Below are positions 9,239 through 18,292 of a stretch of DNA of 64,000 nt, piece after piece. The position numbers and the translations under genes are program-made. The stretch covers positions 1 to 64,000 of the forward strand of contig JBEQBC010000003.1 in the NCBI GenBank assembly GCA_041640035.1, written 5' to 3'. The DNA is from Candidatus Nanohaloarchaea archaeon (GTDB lineage: Archaea; Nanohalarchaeota; Nanosalinia; Nanosalinales; Nanosalinaceae). Under the pieces are notes generated by a model, which searched no databases, was not told the origin of the DNA, and was given only the letters and a program-made list of their open reading frames with translations. Position 1 is the stretch's first letter, and the number at the start of each line of letters is the position of its first letter.

Positions 9239-9946
9239 CTAAGATTCCTGACAGACCGGATAAGTATCGAAAACAACCGGCTTACCCCCGTTCAAGCCCA
9301 TGAAGTCCATAAGCAGCAGTTTGAATCCTCCGATACGGGGAATCCTGAACCTTGAAACACCGTAAATCTGCTCTGGACGGACATCTTCTTCAAAACGGAT
9401 CTGTCTCGGATTGTTGTCGCCCTTGGTCTCTAGATAGTTATCATGCTTCTCAACTACTCTGTGGACTACAGGTATATCCATTCCGGCCGCGTATTCAAGG
9501 CCTATACGGACTCCATCAGCATTACCGTACTCTCCCTGATTGATTCGGAATCTTTCACCGTCTAGACTCAGGACCGCGTACTGCTCTCCGTTCGAACGGG
9601 CATCAACAAGTTCAAGAGTCTCTTCATTCATGCTGTATGTGGAGTTTTCCTCGTTCAATTTGACCTGCTGACCATTCACCTCGAGCACTGCCTGATCAAT
9701 TACATCGTATACCGCGATATCATCTTCCTCTATATCCTCGAAATCTGTGCCTTGAACTATCAGTATATCTCCTACATTCAGATCTGGGTACATCGAACAG
9801 GATACAACTGATATTACCGGTCTCTCTGTCTGCATTACTGTGCCTGCTGTCTGCAGAGTTCCAAAGGCGAGTAATGCTGCTACCGCTAGAAAGAAACCAG
9901 TGTTCAGAATCTCTTCTATTTGCTCAGGTATTTCTGGTTCGTCCAT
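9239..9946 (-). CDS. Signal peptidase I (Sec11-like) with an internal insertion
   Basis: N-terminal TM helix, VVSCSMYP, GDIL, VVHRVV, TKGDNN, IPRIG. Confidence 0.85.
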   Translation of the reverse strand: MDEPEIPEQIEEILNTGFFLAVAALLAFGTLQTAGTVMQTERPVISVVSCSMYPDLNVGDILIVQGTDFEDIEEDDIAVYDVIDQAVLEVNGQQVKLNEENSTYSMNEETLELVDARSNGEQYAVLSLDGERFRINQGEYGNADGVRIGLEYAAGMDIPVVHRVVEKHDNYLETKGDNNPRQIRFEEDVRPEQIYGVSRFRIPRIGGFKLLLMDFMGLNGGKPVVFDTYPVCQES

Positions 9947-9995
9947 TTGAATTAAGAAAAAGTATAGGTGAGGAGTTACTTTAATCCTGCTGACT

Positions 9996-10238
9996 TTAGA
10001 TCTGGCCTTGAAGTTCGGTGATCCAGTTCTTAGCTGTCTCAAGTGCTTCGTCAAGGTCGTCTTCAGGTGTGTCGGATACCACTACTAGGTTGGATTCGTC
10101 TCCAAGCGGGTGTCCTTTGTCGTAACCTGCTTCGCTGTCGTTCTTCCATAGAGCTTTTCTCATCAGGTTCGCAACGGTGTGATTGCCGTCCATATCAACG
10201 ATAAGCCGGTCTTCCTTTTCTACAGTTGTAATTTCCAT
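9996..10238 (-). CDS. rpoL: RNA polymerase subunit L (Rpo11)
   Basis: NHTVANLMRKAL...AGYDKGHPL motif; near tfs. Confidence 0.88.
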   Translation of the reverse strand: MEITTVEKEDRLIVDMDGNHTVANLMRKALWKNDSEAGYDKGHPLGDESNLVVVSDTPEDDLDEALETAKNWITELQGQI

Positions 10239-10250
10239 AGTATAAGTTTG

Positions 10251-10850
10251 TCAATCCTCCTTTTGTTCTGCGATTATGATATCCACCTCGATATCCTGGC
10301 TTGCCTCTGTATGGAAGCCAAAAGTCGGTGGAAGTGAAACAGTGTAGCCCTCAGTCGCTACAACTCTAAAACCTGATTTCTCGACAAAATCTTTTATAAC
10401 CGAGCGCTTCCCTCTAGGAGAAATACCGTACACTTTCGAACCTATACTCACAGCCTTCTCCCAGAACTTCATACCCAGATCACTGTGAACAGAAAACGGC
10501 GGATTCATCAAAACTGTATCAAAACCAGAATCAACTTTATTCATATCCTCATTCACGACATCAAGTTCTACATCATATTCGTCAATATTTTTCTGCAGGG
10601 TTTCTACGGCATCTTCATCCTTTTCGACCGCAGTAACATTTCCTCCAACTAATGCTGCTCCGATCGAAAGCATTCCAGTTCCGGCACCCAGATCCACAAC
10701 TTCTTGATTCTCTATATCTCCTTGCATGTACGCTGTGTAGATTAGATCAGCCGCAAGGTGTGCAGGGGTAAGGTACTGCTCCATTTTTATCTTTGGATCT
10801 TCAAAGTCCTCTACCTCTGAAAGCTTCCGGGCTAAATGGTTCTTCTTCAC
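10251..10850 (-). CDS. METTL5-family SAM-dependent RNA methyltransferase
   Basis: EQYLTP, DLGAGTG, MNPPF, FHT. Confidence 0.88.
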   Translation of the reverse strand: MKKNHLARKLSEVEDFEDPKIKMEQYLTPAHLAADLIYTAYMQGDIENQEVVDLGAGTGMLSIGAALVGGNVTAVEKDEDAVETLQKNIDEYDVELDVVNEDMNKVDSGFDTVLMNPPFSVHSDLGMKFWEKAVSIGSKVYGISPRGKRSVIKDFVEKSGFRVVATEGYTVSLPPTFGFHTEASQDIEVDIIIAEQKED

Positions 10851-10908
10851 ATCGAGAGAATTCGAGTCGGCAGTGATTTAAGATTAAGCAGGCTAAACCC
10901 CAAAAGTA

Positions 10909-12531
10909 ATGTCCGAATACGAAGATCTATCCCGAGAAGAACTGATTGAACTGCTTGAAGAAAAAGAAACTGAAGACCAGATCGTGTTTTTCGAGCCACA
11001 GCGAGAGATAATAGTCTCAGATCCAGATGAGGAAACACTGAACGAATTATCACAGATAGCCCACATGGAAACTTCTTCCGAGCAGCACTACAAGTTCCAG
11101 GTACGGGAAATGGATATATGGAACTCGGACAGATCCCTAGAAGAGATGAAAGAGATATACACCCGTCTACTCGGAAGCTATCCAAGCTTCCTAGAATGGG
11201 TAGAAAGAACATATGAGCGCCAGAACATCTTCTCAATCGAACACAGAGGAAGATACCACGCACTAGAATCCTCCGACCCCGAAAGAATGGAATGGGCCCG
11301 GAACATCGACAAGGTAAGAGACAATCTAGCAGTAGATCTATCAGATACAGCATCCAGAATCGCGATGGGCTCCAAATCCCGTGCAGAGATCAAAGAAGCA
11401 CTTCTAAAGAAGGGATATCCGGTAGAAGACAACTCAAAGTACCGTGAAGTAGACGAGAAGATCGGATGCGACCTGACAATCGATCTCAGAGACTACCAGA
11501 ACGAATATGTAGAAAGAGCATACGATGAACGCGCAGCAGTACTAGCCAATCCAGCGGGATCCGGAAAAACAGTTACATCAATCGGACTAATGGCGAAAAT
11601 CGACGCACCAACCCTTGTACTGGTACCTCAGCGCTCACTTGTTAACCAGTGGAAAAGAGAAATACTAGACAAAACAACACTAACAGAAGATCAAATCGGT
11701 GAATATCACGGCGGACAAAAAAAGATGCAGGATGTAACCATCGCAACATATCACATGGCTGCTGAAAAAACCTCGCTCTTCAGAAAGGACTGGGGACTGA
11801 TTATCTTCGATGAAGTACACCACATCCCATCCAAGATGTTCAGAAAGACCGCAAACCTCCAGTCAACACGCAGAATCGGGCTTTCAGCCTCACCAGTAAG
11901 AGAGGACAGCAAAGAAAGAGAGATATTCGCCTTGATAGGAAAAGAGATTGGTGGAGAATGGGCTCGTTTCTTCCAGGAGGGCCATGTAGTCAAGCCAGAT
12001 GTAGAACTACGGTTTGTCGAATTTGAATCCGATTACTACCGGAACAAATACGAACAGGCTTCAGGTATCAAGAAAGCAATAGTAGCCTCGAAGAACCCTG
12101 CAAAGATCCCTGTTCTTGAGGAACTTCTTGAGAAGCATGAGGATGAAAAGACCATCATCTTCTGTGACTGGATCGATCAAGGAGAGGATATCTCTGAGAA
12201 GTTCGATATACCGTTCGTCTCAGGGGAAACAGATTTCGAGGAGAGGGAAGATTACTTCCAGAAATTCCGTGAAAACGAACTGACGACACTTATCGTATCC
12301 CGTATCGGGGACGAAGGCCTCGACCTACCTGACGCAGAAGTCGGAATCGTCATGAGCGGACAGGGAGGCAGCCGAAGACAGGCAACACAGCGAGCAGGAA
12401 GAGTAATGCGACCGTTTGGCGACGCACAGGTTTACATGATAGCCACAAAAGGAAGTAATGAAGAAGATTTCGTTAAACGCCAGGTAGAACTCCTCAAAGA
12501 GAAAGGCGTACCTGTAACGATAAAGGATTGA
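10909..12531 (+). CDS. XPB/Rad25-like SF2 helicase
   Basis: LRDYQ, PAGSGKT, DEVHH, GLSASPVRED (RED motif), QRAGRVMR. Confidence 0.9.
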   Translation: MSEYEDLSREELIELLEEKETEDQIVFFEPQREIIVSDPDEETLNELSQIAHMETSSEQHYKFQVREMDIWNSDRSLEEMKEIYTRLLGSYPSFLEWVERTYERQNIFSIEHRGRYHALESSDPERMEWARNIDKVRDNLAVDLSDTASRIAMGSKSRAEIKEALLKKGYPVEDNSKYREVDEKIGCDLTIDLRDYQNEYVERAYDERAAVLANPAGSGKTVTSIGLMAKIDAPTLVLVPQRSLVNQWKREILDKTTLTEDQIGEYHGGQKKMQDVTIATYHMAAEKTSLFRKDWGLIIFDEVHHIPSKMFRKTANLQSTRRIGLSASPVREDSKEREIFALIGKEIGGEWARFFQEGHVVKPDVELRFVEFESDYYRNKYEQASGIKKAIVASKNPAKIPVLEELLEKHEDEKTIIFCDWIDQGEDISEKFDIPFVSGETDFEEREDYFQKFRENELTTLIVSRIGDEGLDLPDAEVGIVMSGQGGSRRQATQRAGRVMRPFGDAQVYMIATKGSNEEDFVKRQVELLKEKGVPVTIKD

Positions 12532-12693
12532 AGTGGCTTTACCAATCCCGCGGGAGTAATTTGTGCAGTATCTTAGAGCTCCGAACCGATTAGCTCCAAG
12601 ATATGAGGCCGCATGGGCTGAACTAAGAGATTCTATTGAACCAATCTCTTGATTAAAAACATATTTAACTTCTTTTGTCACCAACTGGTAATA

Positions 12694-13248
12694 ATGGCAG
12701 ATAATATTATTGACGATATGGGTAAGACTACTCGTAGACAGGCTATGGCAGGCGCGTCAGGAGGTCTATTAGGGCTATTGTCGGCGCCGCTATTTTATGA
12801 ATTATTTTTCGATTCTTCGCAGAATTTGGAAGAGGGAGAACATGATATCAGCGAAAATATAAATCAAACTAGAAAAAACCTAGAATCTCGAGATTACACA
12901 CACTTTAACACTGAAGAATTAATATTCGGCCAAGATAATGACAGTAGTGAAGTATATCTTGGAGTAGAGGTTAATTTTGCTGAAGAAGTAAGATTTGAGA
13001 ATGTCATAGATGCTCTAAATGAGGAAAACTACCTATCTGAAGGATCAGAGATATTTGAAATTTATGCAAGTGAGTTCCTAGAGATGGATGAAGTAGAATA
13101 TATCGAACTTGGTTATCGTTCCGATTCGTTTGATGAAGAAGTTACTTACGGAGTTGAGATGGATGAGCTACAGGATTATTTGAGCAAGGGCCGGTCATTA
13201 AGTGAATTCTACAGAGAGACAGCAAGCTCAAACATTGGAATCTCCTAA
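12694..13248 (+). CDS. Hypothetical exported or membrane-anchored protein with twin-arginine-like motif
   Basis: TTRRQAM followed by a hydrophobic helix; AT-rich DNA; start placed at MADNII. Confidence 0.6.
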   Translation: MADNIIDDMGKTTRRQAMAGASGGLLGLLSAPLFYELFFDSSQNLEEGEHDISENINQTRKNLESRDYTHFNTEELIFGQDNDSSEVYLGVEVNFAEEVRFENVIDALNEENYLSEGSEIFEIYASEFLEMDEVEYIELGYRSDSFDEEVTYGVEMDELQDYLSKGRSLSEFYRETASSNIGIS

Positions 13249-13286
13249 AGTTCCTTTAATAAAAACAGGTTGAATGGTATATTCTT

Positions 13287-14270
13287 ATGACACTGATCAA
13301 AGCCGAGAATTTGAACAAGACCTTCCGCATCTACAACCAAGGAGAAGGTATCAGAGGATACCTCAAATCATTCATCAGACGCGACTACGAAGAAGTACAC
13401 GCAGTAGAGGACCTGAACCTAAAAATAGATGAGGGCGAGATGATAGGTTACATCGGAGCGAACGGAGCTGGAAAATCCACCACGGTCAAGATGCTGACTG
13501 GGATATTGGAACCTTCCTCCGGCGATATAACCGTTGATGGAAGGAATCCAAGCCAGGAGCGGAAGAAGAACGCGATGAATATTGGAGTGGTATTCGGTCA
13601 GAAAACCCAGCTCTGGTGGGATCTACCAGTCAAAGAAAGCTTCAAACTTCTGAAGGAAATATACGAAGTAAACGAAGAAGACTATCAGGACAGGATCGAT
13701 GAGTTCGATGAAGTACTTCAGCTATCAGATTTCTGGGATCAACCTGTTAGAAAGCTTAGTCTCGGACAGAAAATGCGTTGCGAGCTCGCAGCAGCGTTCC
13801 TCCATCATCCCAAGATTGTTTACCTGGATGAACCGACTATCGGATTGGATGTAGCGGTCAAGGAGCGTATCAGAGACTTCATCCGGAAAATGAATCGTGA
13901 GAAAGACATCACAGTGATGCTGACAACACATGACATAGGAGATATAGAAGATCTCTGTGACCGGATCGTTGTCCTAGATGAAGGCAAGAAAATCTACGAT
14001 GGACAGCTGGAAACACTGGTAAACCGTTTCTCATCCAGAAGACTAGTTCTTGAAACAGACGACAGCATAGAACTAGATATCGATGGCGTAAAAGAAGTAC
14101 AGAATGTGAATGGCCAGGTCGAGATTGTTTTTGACCGGGAGATTATCTCAGCGACCGATCTGATGCAAGAAGTGCTTGAAAGATATGATGTAAGCGATTT
14201 CCAGATCAAAGAGCCGGATATCGAGGCAGTAGTCAAGAAAATCTACAATGAAGGTCTGGCTGAGGAATAA
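13287..14270 (+). CDS. ABC exporter ATP-binding protein
   Basis: GANGAGKST, LSLGQ, LDEPTIGLD, TTH. Confidence 0.95.
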   Translation: MTLIKAENLNKTFRIYNQGEGIRGYLKSFIRRDYEEVHAVEDLNLKIDEGEMIGYIGANGAGKSTTVKMLTGILEPSSGDITVDGRNPSQERKKNAMNIGVVFGQKTQLWWDLPVKESFKLLKEIYEVNEEDYQDRIDEFDEVLQLSDFWDQPVRKLSLGQKMRCELAAAFLHHPKIVYLDEPTIGLDVAVKERIRDFIRKMNREKDITVMLTTHDIGDIEDLCDRIVVLDEGKKIYDGQLETLVNRFSSRRLVLETDDSIELDIDGVKEVQNVNGQVEIVFDREIISATDLMQEVLERYDVSDFQIKEPDIEAVVKKIYNEGLAEE

Positions 14271-14271
14271 A

Positions 14272-15063
14272 ATGTCTAAAGCAAGAAAATACCTAGAGTT
14301 CATGCGCATAGGATTCAGAGAATCAACAGCCTACCGATTCAACGCAGTTATGTCCCTGGTAGCATCAGTTCTCTACCTAGTCATGGTATACGCTATCTGG
14401 ACAGCGATAGACGCCGGTGGACAGCTAGCAGCAAGTCTCTCCGGAGTACTAACATACATCCTGTTAGGACAGGTAGTATCAAACTCCGTATTCACAGAAG
14501 TAGAGAGCTTTCTTTCAGAAAGAGTGAGAGAAGGAACTATAGTAAACGAGCTGAAGAGACCTGTATCTCTCAGACTTCAGATATACTCATACCTTGTTGG
14601 AAAATCTGCTTTCAACATACTAACTAAAGGAATACCAGTACTGATCATAGGCTTCCTGTTCATAGATATACAGACGCCTTCAATGGTAAACGCAGCTGGT
14701 TTCATAATTTCACTTGTCCTCAGCTTCAACCTGGTGTTCACATTCTCGTTCCTGACATCCATGCTGGTGTTCTGGACCGAGATCGGATGGGGTATCAGAG
14801 CAATGAGAACCAATATCCAAGATGTTTTCTCAGGCGTCCTATTCCCGCTCTATCTTCTTCCGGCAGGACTTTCAGGAGTGTTCGACTTGCTTCCGTTCAA
14901 GTGGATGGCTGACGGCCCGATACAGATATTCACGATGGAGGCTACCGGTACAGAGATGCTTAACATCTTCGGACTACAGCTTTTCTGGATAGCAGTAATC
15001 GGAGTCACAGGAGAGCTAGCATGGCGAAAAGCCAAGAAAAAACTCACAGTACAGGGAGGATAA
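14272..15063 (+). CDS. ABC-2 type permease (DUF990-like)
   Basis: About 6 TM helices, ELKRP, FSG..FPL, C-terminal LTVQGG. Confidence 0.85.
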   Translation: MSKARKYLEFMRIGFRESTAYRFNAVMSLVASVLYLVMVYAIWTAIDAGGQLAASLSGVLTYILLGQVVSNSVFTEVESFLSERVREGTIVNELKRPVSLRLQIYSYLVGKSAFNILTKGIPVLIIGFLFIDIQTPSMVNAAGFIISLVLSFNLVFTFSFLTSMLVFWTEIGWGIRAMRTNIQDVFSGVLFPLYLLPAGLSGVFDLLPFKWMADGPIQIFTMEATGTEMLNIFGLQLFWIAVIGVTGELAWRKAKKKLTVQGG

Positions 15064-15069
15064 AAACAG

Positions 15070-15885
15070 ATGATAACACAGAAATATGAGATCTTGAGAA
15101 AGTACCTGAGTATCTACTGGTACTACTTCAAACAGTACTGGAAGACCAGACTGGTCTACAAGGCAGACTTCACGGTAGGTTTTGTCGCACAGCTAGTCAA
15201 TCTTGCAGCATCACTTGCATTTTTGACTTTGCTCTTCACTCAGGTTGAGGCCATTAACGGTTGGTCATTCAACGAGATGCTGTTCCTCGCAGGACTTGGA
15301 GGATTCATAATGAACTTCCATCATGTATTCCTGTTCAACATGTTCAACCTGGAAGACTACATTGTTGAAGGACGGATGGACAGGTTCCTTCTGCGTCCTT
15401 TAAGCCCGCTATTTCAGGTATATGCCGATGAGGTATCAGATAACAATCTTTCCAAACTGATAGCGAACTCAGCACTAATCATCTACTCCGCCAACCAGAT
15501 TGGACTGAAGCTTCTCACACCAGAGAACATTCTGTACGGTATTGCAGCTCTGGCCTCAGGTATGCTTGTATTTGCAGCTGCCTATATGGTATTTGCTACC
15601 ACTGGTTTCTGGACGGGTAGAAGCAGGAGCGCTATCTGGCTGATCTTCCGTCTAAGTGAGTACAGAAGGTATCCGTACAATATCTACAGTCTTCCAATCC
15701 AGATTATCCTGGTGACGGCGATCCCGATAGCTTTTGCGTCTTTCTTCCCGGCAACATTCTTCCTGGATCGTACCGCTTGGCAGACATGGCAGATGATCTC
15801 TATAGCCGCTGGTCCGGTTCTTTATGCTTTGGCACTGGTGTTCTGGAAGATCGGGTTAAGCAATTACTCAAGCACCGGGAGCTAA
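15070..15885 (+). CDS. ABC-2 type permease (DUF990-like)
   Basis: GWS, G.MDRFLLRP, YP..IY, C-terminal YSSTGS. Confidence 0.85.
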   Translation: MITQKYEILRKYLSIYWYYFKQYWKTRLVYKADFTVGFVAQLVNLAASLAFLTLLFTQVEAINGWSFNEMLFLAGLGGFIMNFHHVFLFNMFNLEDYIVEGRMDRFLLRPLSPLFQVYADEVSDNNLSKLIANSALIIYSANQIGLKLLTPENILYGIAALASGMLVFAAAYMVFATTGFWTGRSRSAIWLIFRLSEYRRYPYNIYSLPIQIILVTAIPIAFASFFPATFFLDRTAWQTWQMISIAAGPVLYALALVFWKIGLSNYSSTGS

Positions 15886-15945
15886 CTCTCTACGGGTAGA
15901 TTAAAATATTTTAACTAGGTTAAACATTCTTCCTGAACCACGAAA

Positions 15946-16281
15946 ATGAGTTACACCTACCTTGACCATGTAAACACTGAGTTCCTGACAGATGAAGAAA
16001 AAGTCGGTGAAGCAGCGGATGCAATGCTTAGAGACTTTTTCCAAAGTCGTATAGCCACCAAATCCAGAGCCATACAGGGAGACGACCTCAGATATGTAGT
16101 TATCGAGAACGGAGAGCATCCCGAGATAATCGAAGAGGAAGGAGAATGGCAGAACGGCAACTACAGTGTAACGGACGAGAACGAGTACGAAAGAATATAT
16201 GAAGAAAATAGTGGAGATGTGGAAAAAGAAGAGATAACTGCGTCCGAAGCTGCTGAACACTTCGGAACCGCCGACATCTGA
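15946..16281 (+). CDS. Hypothetical acidic protein
   Basis: Clean ATG ORF with a typical acidic composition. Confidence 0.65.
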   Translation: MSYTYLDHVNTEFLTDEEKVGEAADAMLRDFFQSRIATKSRAIQGDDLRYVVIENGEHPEIIEEEGEWQNGNYSVTDENEYERIYEENSGDVEKEEITASEAAEHFGTADI

Positions 16282-16283
16282 AA

Positions 16284-16817
16284 TTACTCAAAGTTCTCTC
16301 TGTAAAGTTCTTGGCTTCTTTCGATTGCTTCTTTGGCGTCTTCTGCGTCGCCCCAGCCTTCGATCTCTACTTCTTTCTTAGGTTCGAGGTTCTTGTAGGT
16401 CTTGAAGAATTCTGAGATTTCCTTCTTCTTGTGTTCGTTTACATCTGCCAGGTCTTCTACATTGTTCCAGCGTGGGTCTTCGGTGGGTACGGCGATGATG
16501 TTGTCGTCCTGTTCTCCGTCGTCGTCCATGTAGAGGATTCCGACCGGTCGAACTTCTATTACGCATCCTGGGAAGGTGCTGTGTGTTGTTAGGACGAGGA
16601 TGTCCATTGGGTCGCCGTCTTCGTAGTAGGCTTGTGGGATGAATCCGTAGTCGCCTGGGTACTGGATTGATGAGTAAAGTACTCTGTCTAGTACGACGCT
16701 TTCTTTCTCCTTGTCGTATTCGTATTTGTTTTCTGTTCCGTCTGGGTTTTCGATTACTGCGTTGATTACATCTGGTGCGTCCGGACCTGTTTCATAGTCC
16801 TGCCATTTGTTTACCAT
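16284..16817 (-). CDS. ppa: Inorganic pyrophosphatase (family I)
   Basis: KYEYDK, YPGDYGF, DGDPMD, FFKTYK. Confidence 0.96.
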   Translation of the reverse strand: MVNKWQDYETGPDAPDVINAVIENPDGTENKYEYDKEKESVVLDRVLYSSIQYPGDYGFIPQAYYEDGDPMDILVLTTHSTFPGCVIEVRPVGILYMDDDGEQDDNIIAVPTEDPRWNNVEDLADVNEHKKKEISEFFKTYKNLEPKKEVEIEGWGDAEDAKEAIERSQELYRENFE

Positions 16818-16901
16818 TGTGGTTCTAACGGAGAATTGGTCAGTTACACTTTTTTAACTGAGTGCTGAATTCAGTGAAATGAGAAAAAAGGTGTAGAAGT
16901 T

Positions 16902-17057
16902 TTATTCGGTGTTCTTGGCTGTAGCTGACAGTCTGATCATGGATATATCGGTTACATGACCGCAGTTACTGCAGACGACCTTCACCCAGTCGATGTTAGG
17001 TTTATCAACGGCGTTGACATGTAGTTCGTTACCACATTCTTCGCATTCAAGTGTCAT
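16902..17057 (-). CDS. Small Zn-ribbon protein, 51 aa
   Basis: Manual ORF MTLECEECGNELHVNAVDKPNIDWVKVVCSNCGHVTD with two CxxCG knuckles; GAGGA upstream. Confidence 0.75.
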   Translation of the reverse strand: MTLECEECGNELHVNAVDKPNIDWVKVVCSNCGHVTDISMIRLSATAKNTE

Positions 17058-17100
17058 GAATTTTGTTCGTCCTCTTCCCAGTTTAAAAATAGGTTCCCAA

Positions 17101-17110
17101 CTATTTAAGC
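17101..17110 (+). promoter_or_regulatory. Putative TATA box for tRNA-Val
   Basis: TATTTAAG about 40-48 nt upstream of the tRNA. Confidence 0.4.
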
Positions 17111-17149
17111 CTAACTAGACCTTGATTCATTATACAGATTTTTTGCCTT

Positions 17150-17224
17150 GGGTTCGTGGTCTAGCTTGGTTATGACACCTCCTTGACGTGGAGGAGATCC
17201 CCAGTTCAAATCTGGGCGAACCCA
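17150..17224 (+). tRNA. tRNA-Val(GAC), no intron, CCA not encoded
   Basis: Acceptor stem GGGTTCG/CGAACCC, anticodon stem CCTCC-TT-GAC-GT-GGAGG, T loop TTCAAAT. Confidence 0.96.
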
Positions 17225-17347
17225 CTCGATTTTCTCATCAACTTTCTGATTGATTACCTGGTTCTATACTGTACAGCCAGGGATTCGTTACCAAAGAGTC
17301 AAAAAACTTTTATTTCTTGTTTCAAAATAGTATTATGGTGGATAACC

Positions 17348-18187
17348 ATGGAAAACGAAAATGATTTGCCTGATAAGCGTGAAGGCGCAGGATTGATCTG
17401 GAATCTATCTGGCAACCTAGTGATGCCGGTGAGAGATAACGGACCGATCGCACAGCCAAAACGGTTGGACGGGCAGATGGGCCGCGTAGAAGACGAAAAA
17501 GTAAAGGTAGCGCAGGCAAGAGAAGGAACTGAAGAGACAGCCCTTGTCCGTGAAAGAGAAAACACGGAACTCGGTGTCCCTGAAAACATCAGAGGCAGCG
17601 AACTCGAACATAACCTGGTAAGAACCTACAGAAGAGCGGGCAGTGATGAAAACAGCTCACTTCCAGAGATTGATGATGTCTTTTACTACGAGGCATCACA
17701 GGAAGTACCCGAGAACATGCCCCAGGCAGAAGTCGATGCAGGACACATCACTGGTTATACCTATGAGATTACCGATGATGTCAGTGAGGAGCGAATGAAC
17801 GACCTGAGTATCGATATAGATCCCGAGAGAGTAGGTGAGGACCTGGCAGTCTACGACCTGGAGCACATGGTAGGTGAAGAAGGAGAAGTGACTCATTTTG
17901 ACCGGCCTGTAGCCATGCTGGACCCTGAAGAGAACCATGTCGAGGTCTACAGATCAGGTGAGAAGCAATACAGTGGCGATGTCTCAGGTCTGAAAGGCTT
18001 CATGGAAGAAGAGTACGACTGGGATATGGAAGATATCAGTCATCCAGCTACAGCTAAGGTACAGGCAAGACTGAAAGCCTACAGGGACAGACTTGGAGAT
18101 CAGACCAGAGAAGAACTGGTAAACGATCAGTACTGGGATTCAATGTCCGATATCGGCGCTGAATTTGGCGATGTACCTGAACCATAA
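17348..18187 (+). CDS. Hypothetical protein with a Nudix-box-like motif
   Basis: MGRVEDEKVKVAQAREGTEET resembles Gx5Ex7REUxEE; start placed at MENEND because the track start overlaps the tRNA. Confidence 0.55.
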   Translation: MENENDLPDKREGAGLIWNLSGNLVMPVRDNGPIAQPKRLDGQMGRVEDEKVKVAQAREGTEETALVRERENTELGVPENIRGSELEHNLVRTYRRAGSDENSSLPEIDDVFYYEASQEVPENMPQAEVDAGHITGYTYEITDDVSEERMNDLSIDIDPERVGEDLAVYDLEHMVGEEGEVTHFDRPVAMLDPEENHVEVYRSGEKQYSGDVSGLKGFMEEEYDWDMEDISHPATAKVQARLKAYRDRLGDQTREELVNDQYWDSMSDIGAEFGDVPEP

Positions 18188-18292
18188 AAATTCCTTTATC
18201 CTTCTTACCGACTGGACGGTGCGCTGTGATTTTTCAAGCTTGCTGCGAATCAACATTCAAAAGCATAATCCTCCAATAAGAGTTTGTAAGAA

